The notes beneath the pieces were generated by a model that was not told where the DNA came from, did no database searches, and saw only the letters and a program-made list of their open reading frames with translations. Shown here piece by piece: positions 48,123 to 56,370 of a DNA stretch of 64,000 bases (positions are counted from its first letter, which is position 1; each line of letters starts with the position of its first letter). Source of the DNA: Nitrososphaerales archaeon (GTDB lineage: Archaea; Thermoproteota; Nitrososphaeria; Nitrososphaerales; JACPRH01); assembly GCA_030745655.1 (NCBI GenBank), contig JASLOE010000003.1, forward strand, positions 4,165 to 68,164, written 5' to 3'. The translations under genes and the position numbers were made by a program.

Positions 48123-49028
48123 ATGTCAGCAATTAAAAAGGTAATGGGACACTTTGCAAGAAATGCAGAGATGGACGAGTATTTACAAAATGAAATTGCA
48201 GAATCAGGTTATGGAGGTGTAGATATATTAAAAACACCTGTGGGAACTAGAATTACGTTATTTGTAACCAGGCCAGGTATAGTGATTGGAAGACGTGGTA
48301 CTGGGATACGGAGTTTAACAGAGAATATTGAGACAAAGTTTAAAATTCAGAATCCTCAGATTTCTGTACTTGAGATAGAAGTACCTGAGTTGTATCCACA
48401 AATTATGTGTAATCGAATTGCACATAACGTACGCCGAGGAACTGCATTTAGAAGAGCTGCACTTTGGGCATTAAATTCAATTATGAATGCAGGTGCTATG
48501 GGAGCAGAAATTTCTGTATCAGGAAAATTGAGAAGCGAGAGGGCGCATCATGAGAAACACCGTGCAGGTATAGTTCTTAAGAGCGGAGAAACAGCAAAAC
48601 GGATTGTCAGAGAGGCTACGAGTGATGTTCTTCTAAAAATGGGTCTGTATGGAATCAAGGTAAAGATAGCAATAAAGGATGCAATACCTCATGAAGTTGA
48701 GATTAAGGAGTACATAGAAAAAGAAACTGACACAAAACCAATAAAAGAAGAAAAACCATCTCCTGAAACTGAAATTAAACCTAAACAAAAGAAACCAATA
48801 AAGAAAAAGGAATCAGATGAAGGGTCAATAATAGCGAAAAAAAAATCTAAATCTCAAGTTGGTGTAAAGATTGAAGGTGAAAGAAAGAAACTAAAATCCA
48901 GTAACGAGAAAAGAATAAAGAAACCTGATGCTAAAGTCAAATTAGATCCAAGTGTAGGAAATAAAGATAAGAAGTATATTAAGACAAAAACTAAATCAGT
49001 TAAGAAATTAAAAACAAAAGAGAAGTAG
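48123..49028 (+). CDS. rps3: 30S ribosomal protein S3 with long Lys-rich C-terminal tail
   Basis: 301 aa. KH domain VTRPGIVIGRRGTGI and the S3 C-domain, followed by about 100 aa of K/E/P-rich sequence. Confidence 0.95.
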   Translation: MSAIKKVMGHFARNAEMDEYLQNEIAESGYGGVDILKTPVGTRITLFVTRPGIVIGRRGTGIRSLTENIETKFKIQNPQISVLEIEVPELYPQIMCNRIAHNVRRGTAFRRAALWALNSIMNAGAMGAEISVSGKLRSERAHHEKHRAGIVLKSGETAKRIVREATSDVLLKMGLYGIKVKIAIKDAIPHEVEIKEYIEKETDTKPIKEEKPSPETEIKPKQKKPIKKKESDEGSIIAKKKSKSQVGVKIEGERKKLKSSNEKRIKKPDAKVKLDPSVGNKDKKYIKTKTKSVKKLKTKEK

Positions 49029-49035
49029 GTCAAGG

Positions 49036-49251
49036 ATGAAAAATCTAAAAAATAATGAATTGCAGAAGATGAAGATAAAGGACCTCAAAGAGAAATTAAT
49101 GGATCTAAGGAAAGAAAGGTCTGAACTAATTAGTTCAGCAGGACGAGGAACACTAAAGAAAGAATCTGGAAGTTTAAAATCCATTAAGCGTAACATTGCT
49201 AGAGTTCTAACTGTTATGAACAAAAGAGATGGAAAAGAGGATTCAGATTAA
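49036..49251 (+). CDS. rpl29: 50S ribosomal protein L29
   Basis: 71 aa, helical. LKEKLMDLRKE pattern and operon position. Confidence 0.9.
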   Translation: MKNLKNNELQKMKIKDLKEKLMDLRKERSELISSAGRGTLKKESGSLKSIKRNIARVLTVMNKRDGKEDSD

Positions 49252-49540
49252 GGTGTTTTTTAGAATGTCGGCCATAAATATTATGTTTCACGAGCTTATC
49301 GGACTAAGAATAGTAGTTGTTAAGAGTTCAGTAGAGACTTTGAATGGTCTTTCTGGTGAAGTTGTAGATGAGACACAGTATACGTTAAAGGTTAAGACTA
49401 ATAATGGATTAAAAATTATTCCAAAATCAGTAGTAACGGTAAGAATTGAATTAGTCGATGGGACATTTGCAACGGTTGATGGAAGAAAGATTTTGTACCG
49501 GCCTGAAGATAGAATTACACGATTGAGGCGGAAGCATTGA
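49229..49540 (+). CDS. rnp1: RNase P protein component 1 (Rpp29/Pop4)
   Basis: ELIGLRIVVVKSSVETLNGLSGEVVDETQYTLKV is the Rpp29 Sm-like core, in the conserved slot between L29 and S17. ATG at 49265 is the more likely start. Confidence 0.85.
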   Translation: MEKRIQIKVFFRMSAINIMFHELIGLRIVVVKSSVETLNGLSGEVVDETQYTLKVKTNNGLKIIPKSVVTVRIELVDGTFATVDGRKILYRPEDRITRLRRKH

Positions 49541-49860
49541 AGAATATTGGAATAGATGTAAAACCACCAGAGAAGACCTGTAATGATGATCTTTGCCCCT
49601 TCCATGGTTCAACCAAGATAAGGGGAAGAATTGTAAAAGGGAAAATAGCAGCAGCAATAACAGGAGGTAACGCTGTAATTGAGAAGCAGTACTTCCAATA
49701 TGATAAAAAGTATATGCGTTATGAGAAGCGGCGCAGCAAATTACATGCACATCTTCCATTATGTATTGAGGTAACAAAAGGGGATATGGTAGTATTAGCT
49801 GAATGTAGGCCCTTAAACAAAACTGCTTCATTTGTAGTGATAGAGAGGTCAAGTGAATAA
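49537..49860 (+). CDS. rps17: 30S ribosomal protein S17
   Basis: 107 aa. CNDDLCPFHGS and VVLAECRPLNKTASFVV. TTG start. Confidence 0.95.
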   Translation: MKNIGIDVKPPEKTCNDDLCPFHGSTKIRGRIVKGKIAAAITGGNAVIEKQYFQYDKKYMRYEKRRSKLHAHLPLCIEVTKGDMVVLAECRPLNKTASFVVIERSSE

Positions 49861-50287
49861 AATGTCAGGAAAAGGCTCAGCAAAAGGAGTGCAAGAATTT
49901 AAGACTTACATTACACGATCTATTCCAGTACAATCAGTCATCACTTGTGCAGATAATACTGGAGCTAAGACATTGATGGTTATTCAGGTATCAAAATTCA
50001 AAGGAAGGAAAGGAAGAAAACCTGCAGCCGCAGTTGGAGATCATGTAAACGTTGTAGTAAAGAAAGGACCTCCTGACCTAAGGCGTCAGACCTTCGGAGC
50101 AGTAATAGTTAGACAAAAATATCCGGTCCGTAGAATATCTGGCAATAGAATAACCTTTGAGGATAATGCAGCGGTTCTTATGACACCGGAAGGAGAAATG
50201 AAAGGGACAAATATCAAAGGACCTGTAGCAGCAGAAGCTGCAGAACGATGGCCAAGAATTGCTAATTTGTCATCAACAATAGTATAG
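49853..50287 (+). CDS. rpl14: 50S ribosomal protein L14
   Basis: ITCADNTGAK, GDHVNVVVKK. The likely start is ATG at 49862. Confidence 0.97.
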   Translation: MNKMSGKGSAKGVQEFKTYITRSIPVQSVITCADNTGAKTLMVIQVSKFKGRKGRKPAAAVGDHVNVVVKKGPPDLRRQTFGAVIVRQKYPVRRISGNRITFEDNAAVLMTPEGEMKGTNIKGPVAAEAAERWPRIANLSSTIV

Positions 50288-50302
50288 GAGAATCAATCAC
50301 AT

Positions 50303-50656
50303 ATGACACAACCAAGCAAATCAAGAAAAAGTATGTATAACGCACCAAATCATATTAAGTCTTCAATGGTTGGAGCACCGCTCTCTTCTGACCTTCGTGA
50401 AAAGTACAAAGTTAGATCCATAAGAATTCGTAAAAGTGATGGGGTTAAGGTTCTTCGTGGAGAATATAAAGGAGTAGAAGGGAAAATAACAAAGATCTTT
50501 GTAGGAGATGGAAAATTAAATGTTGAAGGTGTAACCCAGGAAAAGATAGCCGGAGGAACTGTACCAATTAAAATTCATGCTTCAAATGTTATAGTGACCA
50601 GCTTAAATATGGACGATAGTTGGAGACGAAAGAAGCTGGAAAAGAAAAAGGAGTAA
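50303..50656 (+). CDS. rpl24: 50S ribosomal protein L24
   Basis: 117 aa. KOW motif VKVLRGEYKGVEGKI. Confidence 0.95.
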   Translation: MTQPSKSRKSMYNAPNHIKSSMVGAPLSSDLREKYKVRSIRIRKSDGVKVLRGEYKGVEGKITKIFVGDGKLNVEGVTQEKIAGGTVPIKIHASNVIVTSLNMDDSWRRKKLEKKKE

Positions 50657-50668
50657 TGGTGAAGAAAA

Positions 50669-51400
50669 ATGGGGCGAAAAGGGGAAGATAAACAAACAAA
50701 GAGATCTAAGGCACCTAGCTTCTGGGCAATTCAAAGGAAAAAATATTCATTCACAGTTACGGCATCTCCAGGACCTCATGGGATAGATGAAAGTTATCCG
50801 CTTGTAGTTTTGATTAGGGATGTTTTGAAATTAGTAAATACATATCGTGAGGCATCGAATATAATAAGAGATGGAAAAATATTGGTTGATGGAGTTATAA
50901 GAAAAGATCCAGATTTTCCTGTTGGTCTTATGGATGTTTTGCAAGTACCATTATTGAAGAATAGCTACAGGATGGTACCAAACAAGGGATCTGTTTTGGT
51001 CCCAATAAAAATACCTGATTCTGAGAACAGTCAAAAGCTTTGTAGAGTTCGCGCAAAGACAACAGTACGTGGTGGTAAGATTCAGTACGGTTTTCATGAT
51101 GGTAGATCTATTTTAGCAGAGAGTGAAACTGATTTAAGCCCAGGTGATGTCTGTCTTTTAGAGATTCCTTCTCAGAAAATTAAAAGGGTTATTGCACTAA
51201 AAAATGGAGTTCTTGCACTAATAGTGAAAGGCAAACGTGTTGGTATGATAGGGCAAATCAAAGAGATTAGATCTGGAACAGTCACTCGTAACAAAATGGT
51301 GGATTTAGATATTGAAGGTGTTATAGCAGAATTACCAGCTGATATGATAATTGCAGTAGGTGATGGTGAGCCTTTGATAACAATAACAGGGGGTAAATAG
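50669..51400 (+). CDS. rps4e: 30S ribosomal protein S4e
   Basis: 243 aa. GPHGIDESYPLVVLIRD, ILVDGVIRKDPDFPVGLMDV. Confidence 0.95.
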   Translation: MGRKGEDKQTKRSKAPSFWAIQRKKYSFTVTASPGPHGIDESYPLVVLIRDVLKLVNTYREASNIIRDGKILVDGVIRKDPDFPVGLMDVLQVPLLKNSYRMVPNKGSVLVPIKIPDSENSQKLCRVRAKTTVRGGKIQYGFHDGRSILAESETDLSPGDVCLLEIPSQKIKRVIALKNGVLALIVKGKRVGMIGQIKEIRSGTVTRNKMVDLDIEGVIAELPADMIIAVGDGEPLITITGGK

Positions 51401-51526
51401 ATTTTAAGCACTAAATTATCTGAATCAAGAACTAAAGAGCAATCGAGAAATGAATCCGAACCTATTATTAAAAAGGTAGACAAAAAGAAAGTTTCTAAGA
51501 AAAGATCAACTAACAAAGATAATCCA

Positions 51527-52024
51527 ATGCGAATTATTAAGATTACTAAAGTAATTTTGAATATTGGAGTAGGTCAATCTGGAGAAATTATTGAGCGTGC
51601 TAAGAGTTTAATTCAAGATCTTACAGGTCATAATCCAAGCTCTAGAAATGCTGAAAGGACAGTAAAAGAATTTGGGATACATAAGGGAGAACCTATTGGT
51701 GTTACCGTAACTTTGAGAGGAAAAAACGCAGTCGATGTGTTGAAACGTCTTTTGGAAGCTAAAAATAATCAGATAAAGAAAAGCTCGTTTGACAATACTG
51801 GGAATTGTTCTTTTGGTATAAGAGAACATATAGAAATACCAGATGTAAAATATGACCCTACAATTGGAATATTTGGGATGAATGTAACAGTGGTTCTTGA
51901 AAGACCTGGAACAAGAATAATGAAAAGAAAAAGATCAAAATCGAGAGTTGGAAGTAAACATAAAGTCAGTACTGATGAGGCTATTGAATATTTTATTACA
52001 AATTTAAAGATAGAGGTTACTTAG
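51527..52024 (+). CDS. rpl5: 50S ribosomal protein L5 (start uncertain; frame is open back to 51401)
   Basis: [25 protein letters not shown]. The conserved NPM precedes the only ATG, and 42 stop-free in-frame codons link it to the S4e TAG. Confidence 0.9.
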   Translation: MRIIKITKVILNIGVGQSGEIIERAKSLIQDLTGHNPSSRNAERTVKEFGIHKGEPIGVTVTLRGKNAVDVLKRLLEAKNNQIKKSSFDNTGNCSFGIREHIEIPDVKYDPTIGIFGMNVTVVLERPGTRIMKRKRSKSRVGSKHKVSTDEAIEYFITNLKIEVT

Positions 52025-52026
52025 AT

Positions 52027-52191
52027 TTGGTAAAAATAAGACATGGAAAGCCAAGAAAGTACGGTAAAGGTTCAAGAATTTGTACAAGATGTGGAAATTA
52101 TTCAACGGTAATTCAAAAATATAATCTTATGCTTTGCAGACAGTGCTTCCGAGAAATGGCTACCAAGATAGGGTTCGTGAAATATAGCTAG
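52027..52191 (+). CDS. rps14: 30S ribosomal protein S14 (zinc-binding type)
   Basis: Not in the ORF track (54 aa). My translation from TTG is [54 protein letters not shown], with CxxC...CxxC and the canonical slot between L5 and S8. Confidence 0.9.
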   Translation: MVKIRHGKPRKYGKGSRICTRCGNYSTVIQKYNLMLCRQCFREMATKIGFVKYS

Positions 52192-52202
52192 GTGTAAAAT
52201 GA

Positions 52203-52595
52203 ATGCCAGCACAACAGGTATTACCCAATCTTTTTGCAACGATATACAACAACGAGATTAGAAACAAGAAGGAATGTCTCATCATACCAGCATCCAAACT
52301 TGCAAGCGAGGTTCTTAGGACAATGCAAAAAAACAAGTATATTGGTGAATTTGAATTTATTGATGATGGATTATTTGGAAAGTTACGAGTACAGCTTCTT
52401 GGTAGGATAAACAAATGTGGGGTTATTTCGCCAAGATTTGCAGTTAAAAAGGATAGCTTCAGTAATTGGGAGAGACAACATCTTCCTGCTGTTGGTGTAG
52501 GGATTCTGATAGTTTCAACACCTGCTGGAGTTATGTCACACATTGAAGCTCTGAACATTGATACTGGAGGAAGATTACTTGGATACGTCTACTGA
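52203..52595 (+). CDS. rps8: 30S ribosomal protein S8
   Basis: 130 aa. LPNLFATIYNNE and C-terminal GGRLLGYVY. Confidence 0.97.
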   Translation: MPAQQVLPNLFATIYNNEIRNKKECLIIPASKLASEVLRTMQKNKYIGEFEFIDDGLFGKLRVQLLGRINKCGVISPRFAVKKDSFSNWERQHLPAVGVGILIVSTPAGVMSHIEALNIDTGGRLLGYVY

Positions 52596-52596
52596 A

Positions 52597-53145
52597 ATGA
52601 AAAAAGAGGAACAGGCGCATCTACTTTTCAAAGTACCTGAAGGGATAGAAGTGAGTTTTAATGAGAATATTCTTTTTGTTAAAGGGCCTTTAGGAGAAAT
52701 TAAACGTGATTTTAGTAAGATTAGATCCAATATATCGCTGAACGGCAACACCATCACAATAACTCCTTTCAGCTTGAGAAAGAGACATAGGTCTATCACG
52801 AATACATCCAGATCATTAATTAGAAATATGATTACAGGTGTAACTAAAGGATTCACATATAAATTGAAAGTAGCCTATGCGCATTTCCCGATCACAGTAA
52901 AGATTAAGGGAGATGAAGTTCATGTAGAGAATTTCTATGGTGAGAGATCTCCGAGAATTTCTAAGATAGTTGGAGACTGTAAATTGGAGGTTCAAGAGGA
53001 TGATGTCATCGTTAGAGGGGTTTCACTTGATGATGTTGGACAGACTGCTGCTAATATTGAACAAGCAACTAAGGTCAAGAGGAAAGACCAAAGAGTGTTT
53101 TTAGATGGAGTGTATATATATGAAAAAAGAAAAGAACAAAACTAA
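52597..53145 (+). CDS. rpl6: 50S ribosomal protein L6
   Basis: The track ORF begins at TTG 52558, overlapping S8. ATG at 52597, 1 nt after the S8 stop, is more likely. FTYKLKVAYAHFPI. Confidence 0.93.
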   Translation: MKKEEQAHLLFKVPEGIEVSFNENILFVKGPLGEIKRDFSKIRSNISLNGNTITITPFSLRKRHRSITNTSRSLIRNMITGVTKGFTYKLKVAYAHFPITVKIKGDEVHVENFYGERSPRISKIVGDCKLEVQEDDVIVRGVSLDDVGQTAANIEQATKVKRKDQRVFLDGVYIYEKRKEQN

Positions 53146-53704
53146 ACCTAAGAAAGGGCCAGTCACCAGGCCATTATCTAAATCTAAGGTCAATAAGGCT
53201 AAGCTCGCAATTGTAAAATCAAAAACACCTAAAATAGAAAAGAAAGTAACAAAATTGGTGAAGAAAGAAGAAAAGAGGCATGCAGAATCTCCATCAGCAT
53301 CAGAAGAGGTAAAGCAATTGCTAAAGCTTCGTGATGAAGTACGACAAAATAGACCAAAGTTTCTAAGACAGGAAAGTTGGCGTTATATTAGAGTTGGAAA
53401 GCCATGGAGAAAACCTAAAGGTACTGACAGTAGAATGCGATTAAGAAAGAAGGGTTGGCCAAGTCTAGTAAAAATTGGTCATGGAGGACCTGCTAAAGCT
53501 AGAGGATTACATCCATCAGGTTTCAATGATATTCTAGTTTTCACAAAGAAAGAACTTGAAATATTGAATCCTGAAACTGATGCAGTTAGACTATCTGCTA
53601 GACTTGGAGCAAGGAAAAGACGTGAAATCGTTGATCGTGCGAATGAGTTAGGCCTAAAAATCTTGAATCTTCGCGGATTAAGGGTATTATCATCCAAAGA
53701 GTGA
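53105..53704 (+). CDS. rpl32e: 50S ribosomal protein L32e with Lys-rich N-terminal extension
   Basis: The conserved core starts at about NRPKFLRQESWRY..WRKPKGTDSRMR. About 75 K-rich residues precede it. ATG at 53120 is an alternative start. Confidence 0.9.
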   Translation: MECIYMKKEKNKTKPKKGPVTRPLSKSKVNKAKLAIVKSKTPKIEKKVTKLVKKEEKRHAESPSASEEVKQLLKLRDEVRQNRPKFLRQESWRYIRVGKPWRKPKGTDSRMRLRKKGWPSLVKIGHGGPAKARGLHPSGFNDILVFTKKELEILNPETDAVRLSARLGARKRREIVDRANELGLKILNLRGLRVLSSKE

Positions 53705-54159
53705 TTTGGAGGAACAAGAATATGAATTTATCAGCAAAAAAGAGAATGGCGGCAGATGTTCTAAATGTGGGTAAAAAAAGGGTAAAGTTTGACCCTGATT
53801 CTGCTGAAGATATCTTTGACGCCATCACAAGAGAATCCATCCGTGGATTAGCTAGTAGTAACGTAATCTCTGTAAAGCCAAAGAAAGGAGTTTCATGCGG
53901 TCGTGTTCGAAAAAGAAGAATCAAGATTAAAAAGAGAGGTAAAGGCGCCGGCTCCAAGGAGGGAGCCAAAGGTGCAAGAGTTGGAAAGAAGACAGTTTGG
54001 ATTAGAAAAGTCAGATCTCTTAGAGGACGGATAAAAGTCAAGAAAGATAGAGGAGAAATAAGTGGAAAAGTCTTTAATGAAATGTATCGGCAGATAAAAG
54101 GTGGACAGATAAGGTCACTAAAACACTTAGAGAGTATTATCAAACAACATAAAGAATAA
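53701..54159 (+). CDS. rpl19e: 50S ribosomal protein L19e
   Basis: LSAKKRMAADVLNVGKKRVKFDP. The likely start is ATG at 53722. Confidence 0.95.
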   Translation: MIWRNKNMNLSAKKRMAADVLNVGKKRVKFDPDSAEDIFDAITRESIRGLASSNVISVKPKKGVSCGRVRKRRIKIKKRGKGAGSKEGAKGARVGKKTVWIRKVRSLRGRIKVKKDRGEISGKVFNEMYRQIKGGQIRSLKHLESIIKQHKE

Positions 54160-54160
54160 A

Positions 54161-54769
54161 GTGATGATTATGATAAAAACTAAACACATCTATATTCTCC
54201 GAAGAAGAAGAGAAGGAAAAACAGATTATAGAAAAAGGAAAACCGTACTTATGAGTAAAGCCACATTCATTTCACCTAGAATAACTAGTAAGAATATTAG
54301 TGTTCAATTTTTGAAAGCAACACCACAAGGAGATCATGTACTTGCTTCAGCTCACATTCGTGAACTCTATAAATTAGGTTGGAATGGTTCAGGAACCAGT
54401 CTACCTGCAGCATATTTAACTGGACTAACTGCTGGATTAAAAGCATCGAATATGGGTATTAAACAATGTATCATATATATTGGATTGAGACGATATTTAC
54501 CAGGGTCAAGAATTTCAGCAATATTAAAGGGAGTTATAGATGCTGGTTTGGAAATTCCTGCAGATATCAAATCCATGCCATCTAAAGAACGGATTAACGG
54601 GGAACATATTTCAAGTTATGCTAAATCTCTTTTGAAAATGGACAAAGAAAAATATAAGCGATTGTTCTCAAAAAGAATAAAAAGTGGATTAAAACCTGAA
54701 GAATATCCAAAACATTTCGAGGAAATAAAGAAGAAAATTCTTAGAAAATATAGTGTGAAAGAGATTTGA
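54161..54769 (+). CDS. rpl18: 50S ribosomal protein L18
   Basis: RRRREGKTDYRKR N-terminal motif and operon position. Confidence 0.95.
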   Translation: MMIMIKTKHIYILRRRREGKTDYRKRKTVLMSKATFISPRITSKNISVQFLKATPQGDHVLASAHIRELYKLGWNGSGTSLPAAYLTGLTAGLKASNMGIKQCIIYIGLRRYLPGSRISAILKGVIDAGLEIPADIKSMPSKERINGEHISSYAKSLLKMDKEKYKRLFSKRIKSGLKPEEYPKHFEEIKKKILRKYSVKEI

Positions 54770-55401
54770 TGCGTAAATCCAGATATGAAGAAGATGCTTT
54801 GAAGTTATGGAAGCCTAGGACAAAGTTAGGAAATCTTGTATCTTCAGGCGAAGTTACCTCAATGAATGAAGTCTTTGAAAATGGTTGGAAGATTAAGGAA
54901 CCAGAGATTGTGAGAACCTTGCTCCCAGAGATAAAAAGTGAAGTTGTAGATGCAGGAATCGTTCAAAAACAAACAGATGCTGGCGAGATGACTAGATTCG
55001 TATCTATCATTGCTGTTGGTGATGGAAACGGATGGTTCGGTATAGGAAGGGGAAAAGCACCTCAAATGAGACTTGCAATAGAGAAGGGAACAAATAATGC
55101 ATTGTTAAACTTAATCCCAACAAAAATTGGTTGTGGAAGTTGGGAGTGTAAATGTGGAAGGAATCACTCTATACCATTCAAAGTAAGTGGAAAAGGTGGA
55201 AGTGTAAGGGTTGAGCTAATTCCAGGACCAAGAGGATTAGGGTTAGTTGCAGGCGAAACAATAAAAAATCTTCTTACACTCGCAGGTATAAAAGATGCAT
55301 GGACCAAAACATTTGGCTCCACAAGTACCGCTTCATCAGTTGCATATGCAGTATACAATGCATTAAAGAAAGTTCATGGATTAAGTATAATTGCGGAGTA
55401 A
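54766..55401 (+). CDS. rps5: 30S ribosomal protein S5
   Basis: 211 aa. AVGDGNGWFGIGRGKA, GSVRVELIPGPRGLGLVAG. Confidence 0.97.
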   Translation: MMRKSRYEEDALKLWKPRTKLGNLVSSGEVTSMNEVFENGWKIKEPEIVRTLLPEIKSEVVDAGIVQKQTDAGEMTRFVSIIAVGDGNGWFGIGRGKAPQMRLAIEKGTNNALLNLIPTKIGCGSWECKCGRNHSIPFKVSGKGGSVRVELIPGPRGLGLVAGETIKNLLTLAGIKDAWTKTFGSTSTASSVAYAVYNALKKVHGLSIIAE

Positions 55402-55876
55402 TGGTAAATTAATGAAGAGCTTCTTGATTGTGAACATGCGAGGAATGGTTAGTACATCAAACCAAGTGAAAGATACTTTAAAGAGTTTAAATCTAGAGAA
55501 GAGATTTCGTGCCACTATAGTACCAGAAACATCATCATATGTAGGAATGCTCAAAAAAGCAAAAGATCAAGTTTCTTGGTGTGAAGCAACAACTCCCCTC
55601 ATTAAGAGTTTACTAGAAAAGAGAGGAAGAAAAGAAGGGTGGAAGCCTCTTCAAACAGAAGATCTGAATAAGCTAGGGTATGAAAATCTAGATAATCTTG
55701 CAAAAGATTTATCACAATCTAAAGCAATCCTCCAGAAACTTAAGGGAGTAAAGCCATCTTTTGCACTTTCTCCTCCTAGAGGTGGGTTTAAGAGATCAAT
55801 AAGGAGAAATTATAATCAAGGCGGTATATTGGGCGCAAATCCAGATTTACCGAATATAGTTGAGAAAATGCTTTAG
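55391..55876 (+). CDS. rpl30: 50S ribosomal protein L30
   Basis: LIVNMRGMVSTSNQVKDTLKSLNL. The likely start is ATG at 55412. Confidence 0.93.
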   Translation: MRSNGKLMKSFLIVNMRGMVSTSNQVKDTLKSLNLEKRFRATIVPETSSYVGMLKKAKDQVSWCEATTPLIKSLLEKRGRKEGWKPLQTEDLNKLGYENLDNLAKDLSQSKAILQKLKGVKPSFALSPPRGGFKRSIRRNYNQGGILGANPDLPNIVEKML

Positions 55877-55918
55877 AGACACTATGTTTATACCGGAATG
55901 ACTTAATATGACAATCTA

Positions 55919-56362
55919 TTGGCGAGTTTGAAGGGACTAAACATGCCTACAAGACTAAGAAAAATTCGAAAACAACGTGGGACAAGATTTCACGGATGGG
56001 GACAAGTAGGACAACATAGATCCACAGGTATGAAAGGTGGTTCTGGAAAAGCAGGTCTTCTCAAACATAAATGGACTTGGACAGTAAAGTATGAACCTGA
56101 CCATTTTGGAGCAAAAGGGTTTACACCGCCTAATCAGAAAATTGCGAGAAAGTGGATAAATGTTGGTCAACTTGATGATTTTGCAATGAACCAAGTAAAT
56201 GGTAATGGAAAGTTATTGCTCATTGACCTTGATAAAATGGGTTATGATAAGTTGCTAGGTCAAGGTCAAGTAAAAGGGTCATTCAAGATTATTGTGCCAG
56301 AATTTTCTGTAAATGCGAAGGCGAAGATAGAAAAATCAGGCGGAAAAGTAGAGTCAAGGTAG
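55919..56362 (+). CDS. rpl15: 50S ribosomal protein L15
   Basis: RKIRKQRGTRFHGWG...GMKGGSGKAG. The likely start is ATG at 55943. Confidence 0.95.
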   Translation: MASLKGLNMPTRLRKIRKQRGTRFHGWGQVGQHRSTGMKGGSGKAGLLKHKWTWTVKYEPDHFGAKGFTPPNQKIARKWINVGQLDDFAMNQVNGNGKLLLIDLDKMGYDKLLGQGQVKGSFKIIVPEFSVNAKAKIEKSGGKVESR

Positions 56363-56370
56363 ATTACTGA

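Noticed and set aside
3278-54143. Numerous 60-180 aa antisense or overlapping ORFs in the track (e.g. 3278-3595, 4397-4747, 12013-12447, 13246-13752, 18075-18437, 34552-34860, 38444-38887, 49451-49852, 52160-52558, 53598-54143, 56868-57302)
   Set aside because: Each is fully embedded in, and out of frame with or antisense to, a strongly recognisable conserved gene. They have low-complexity composition and no motifs, and were treated as shadow ORFs.
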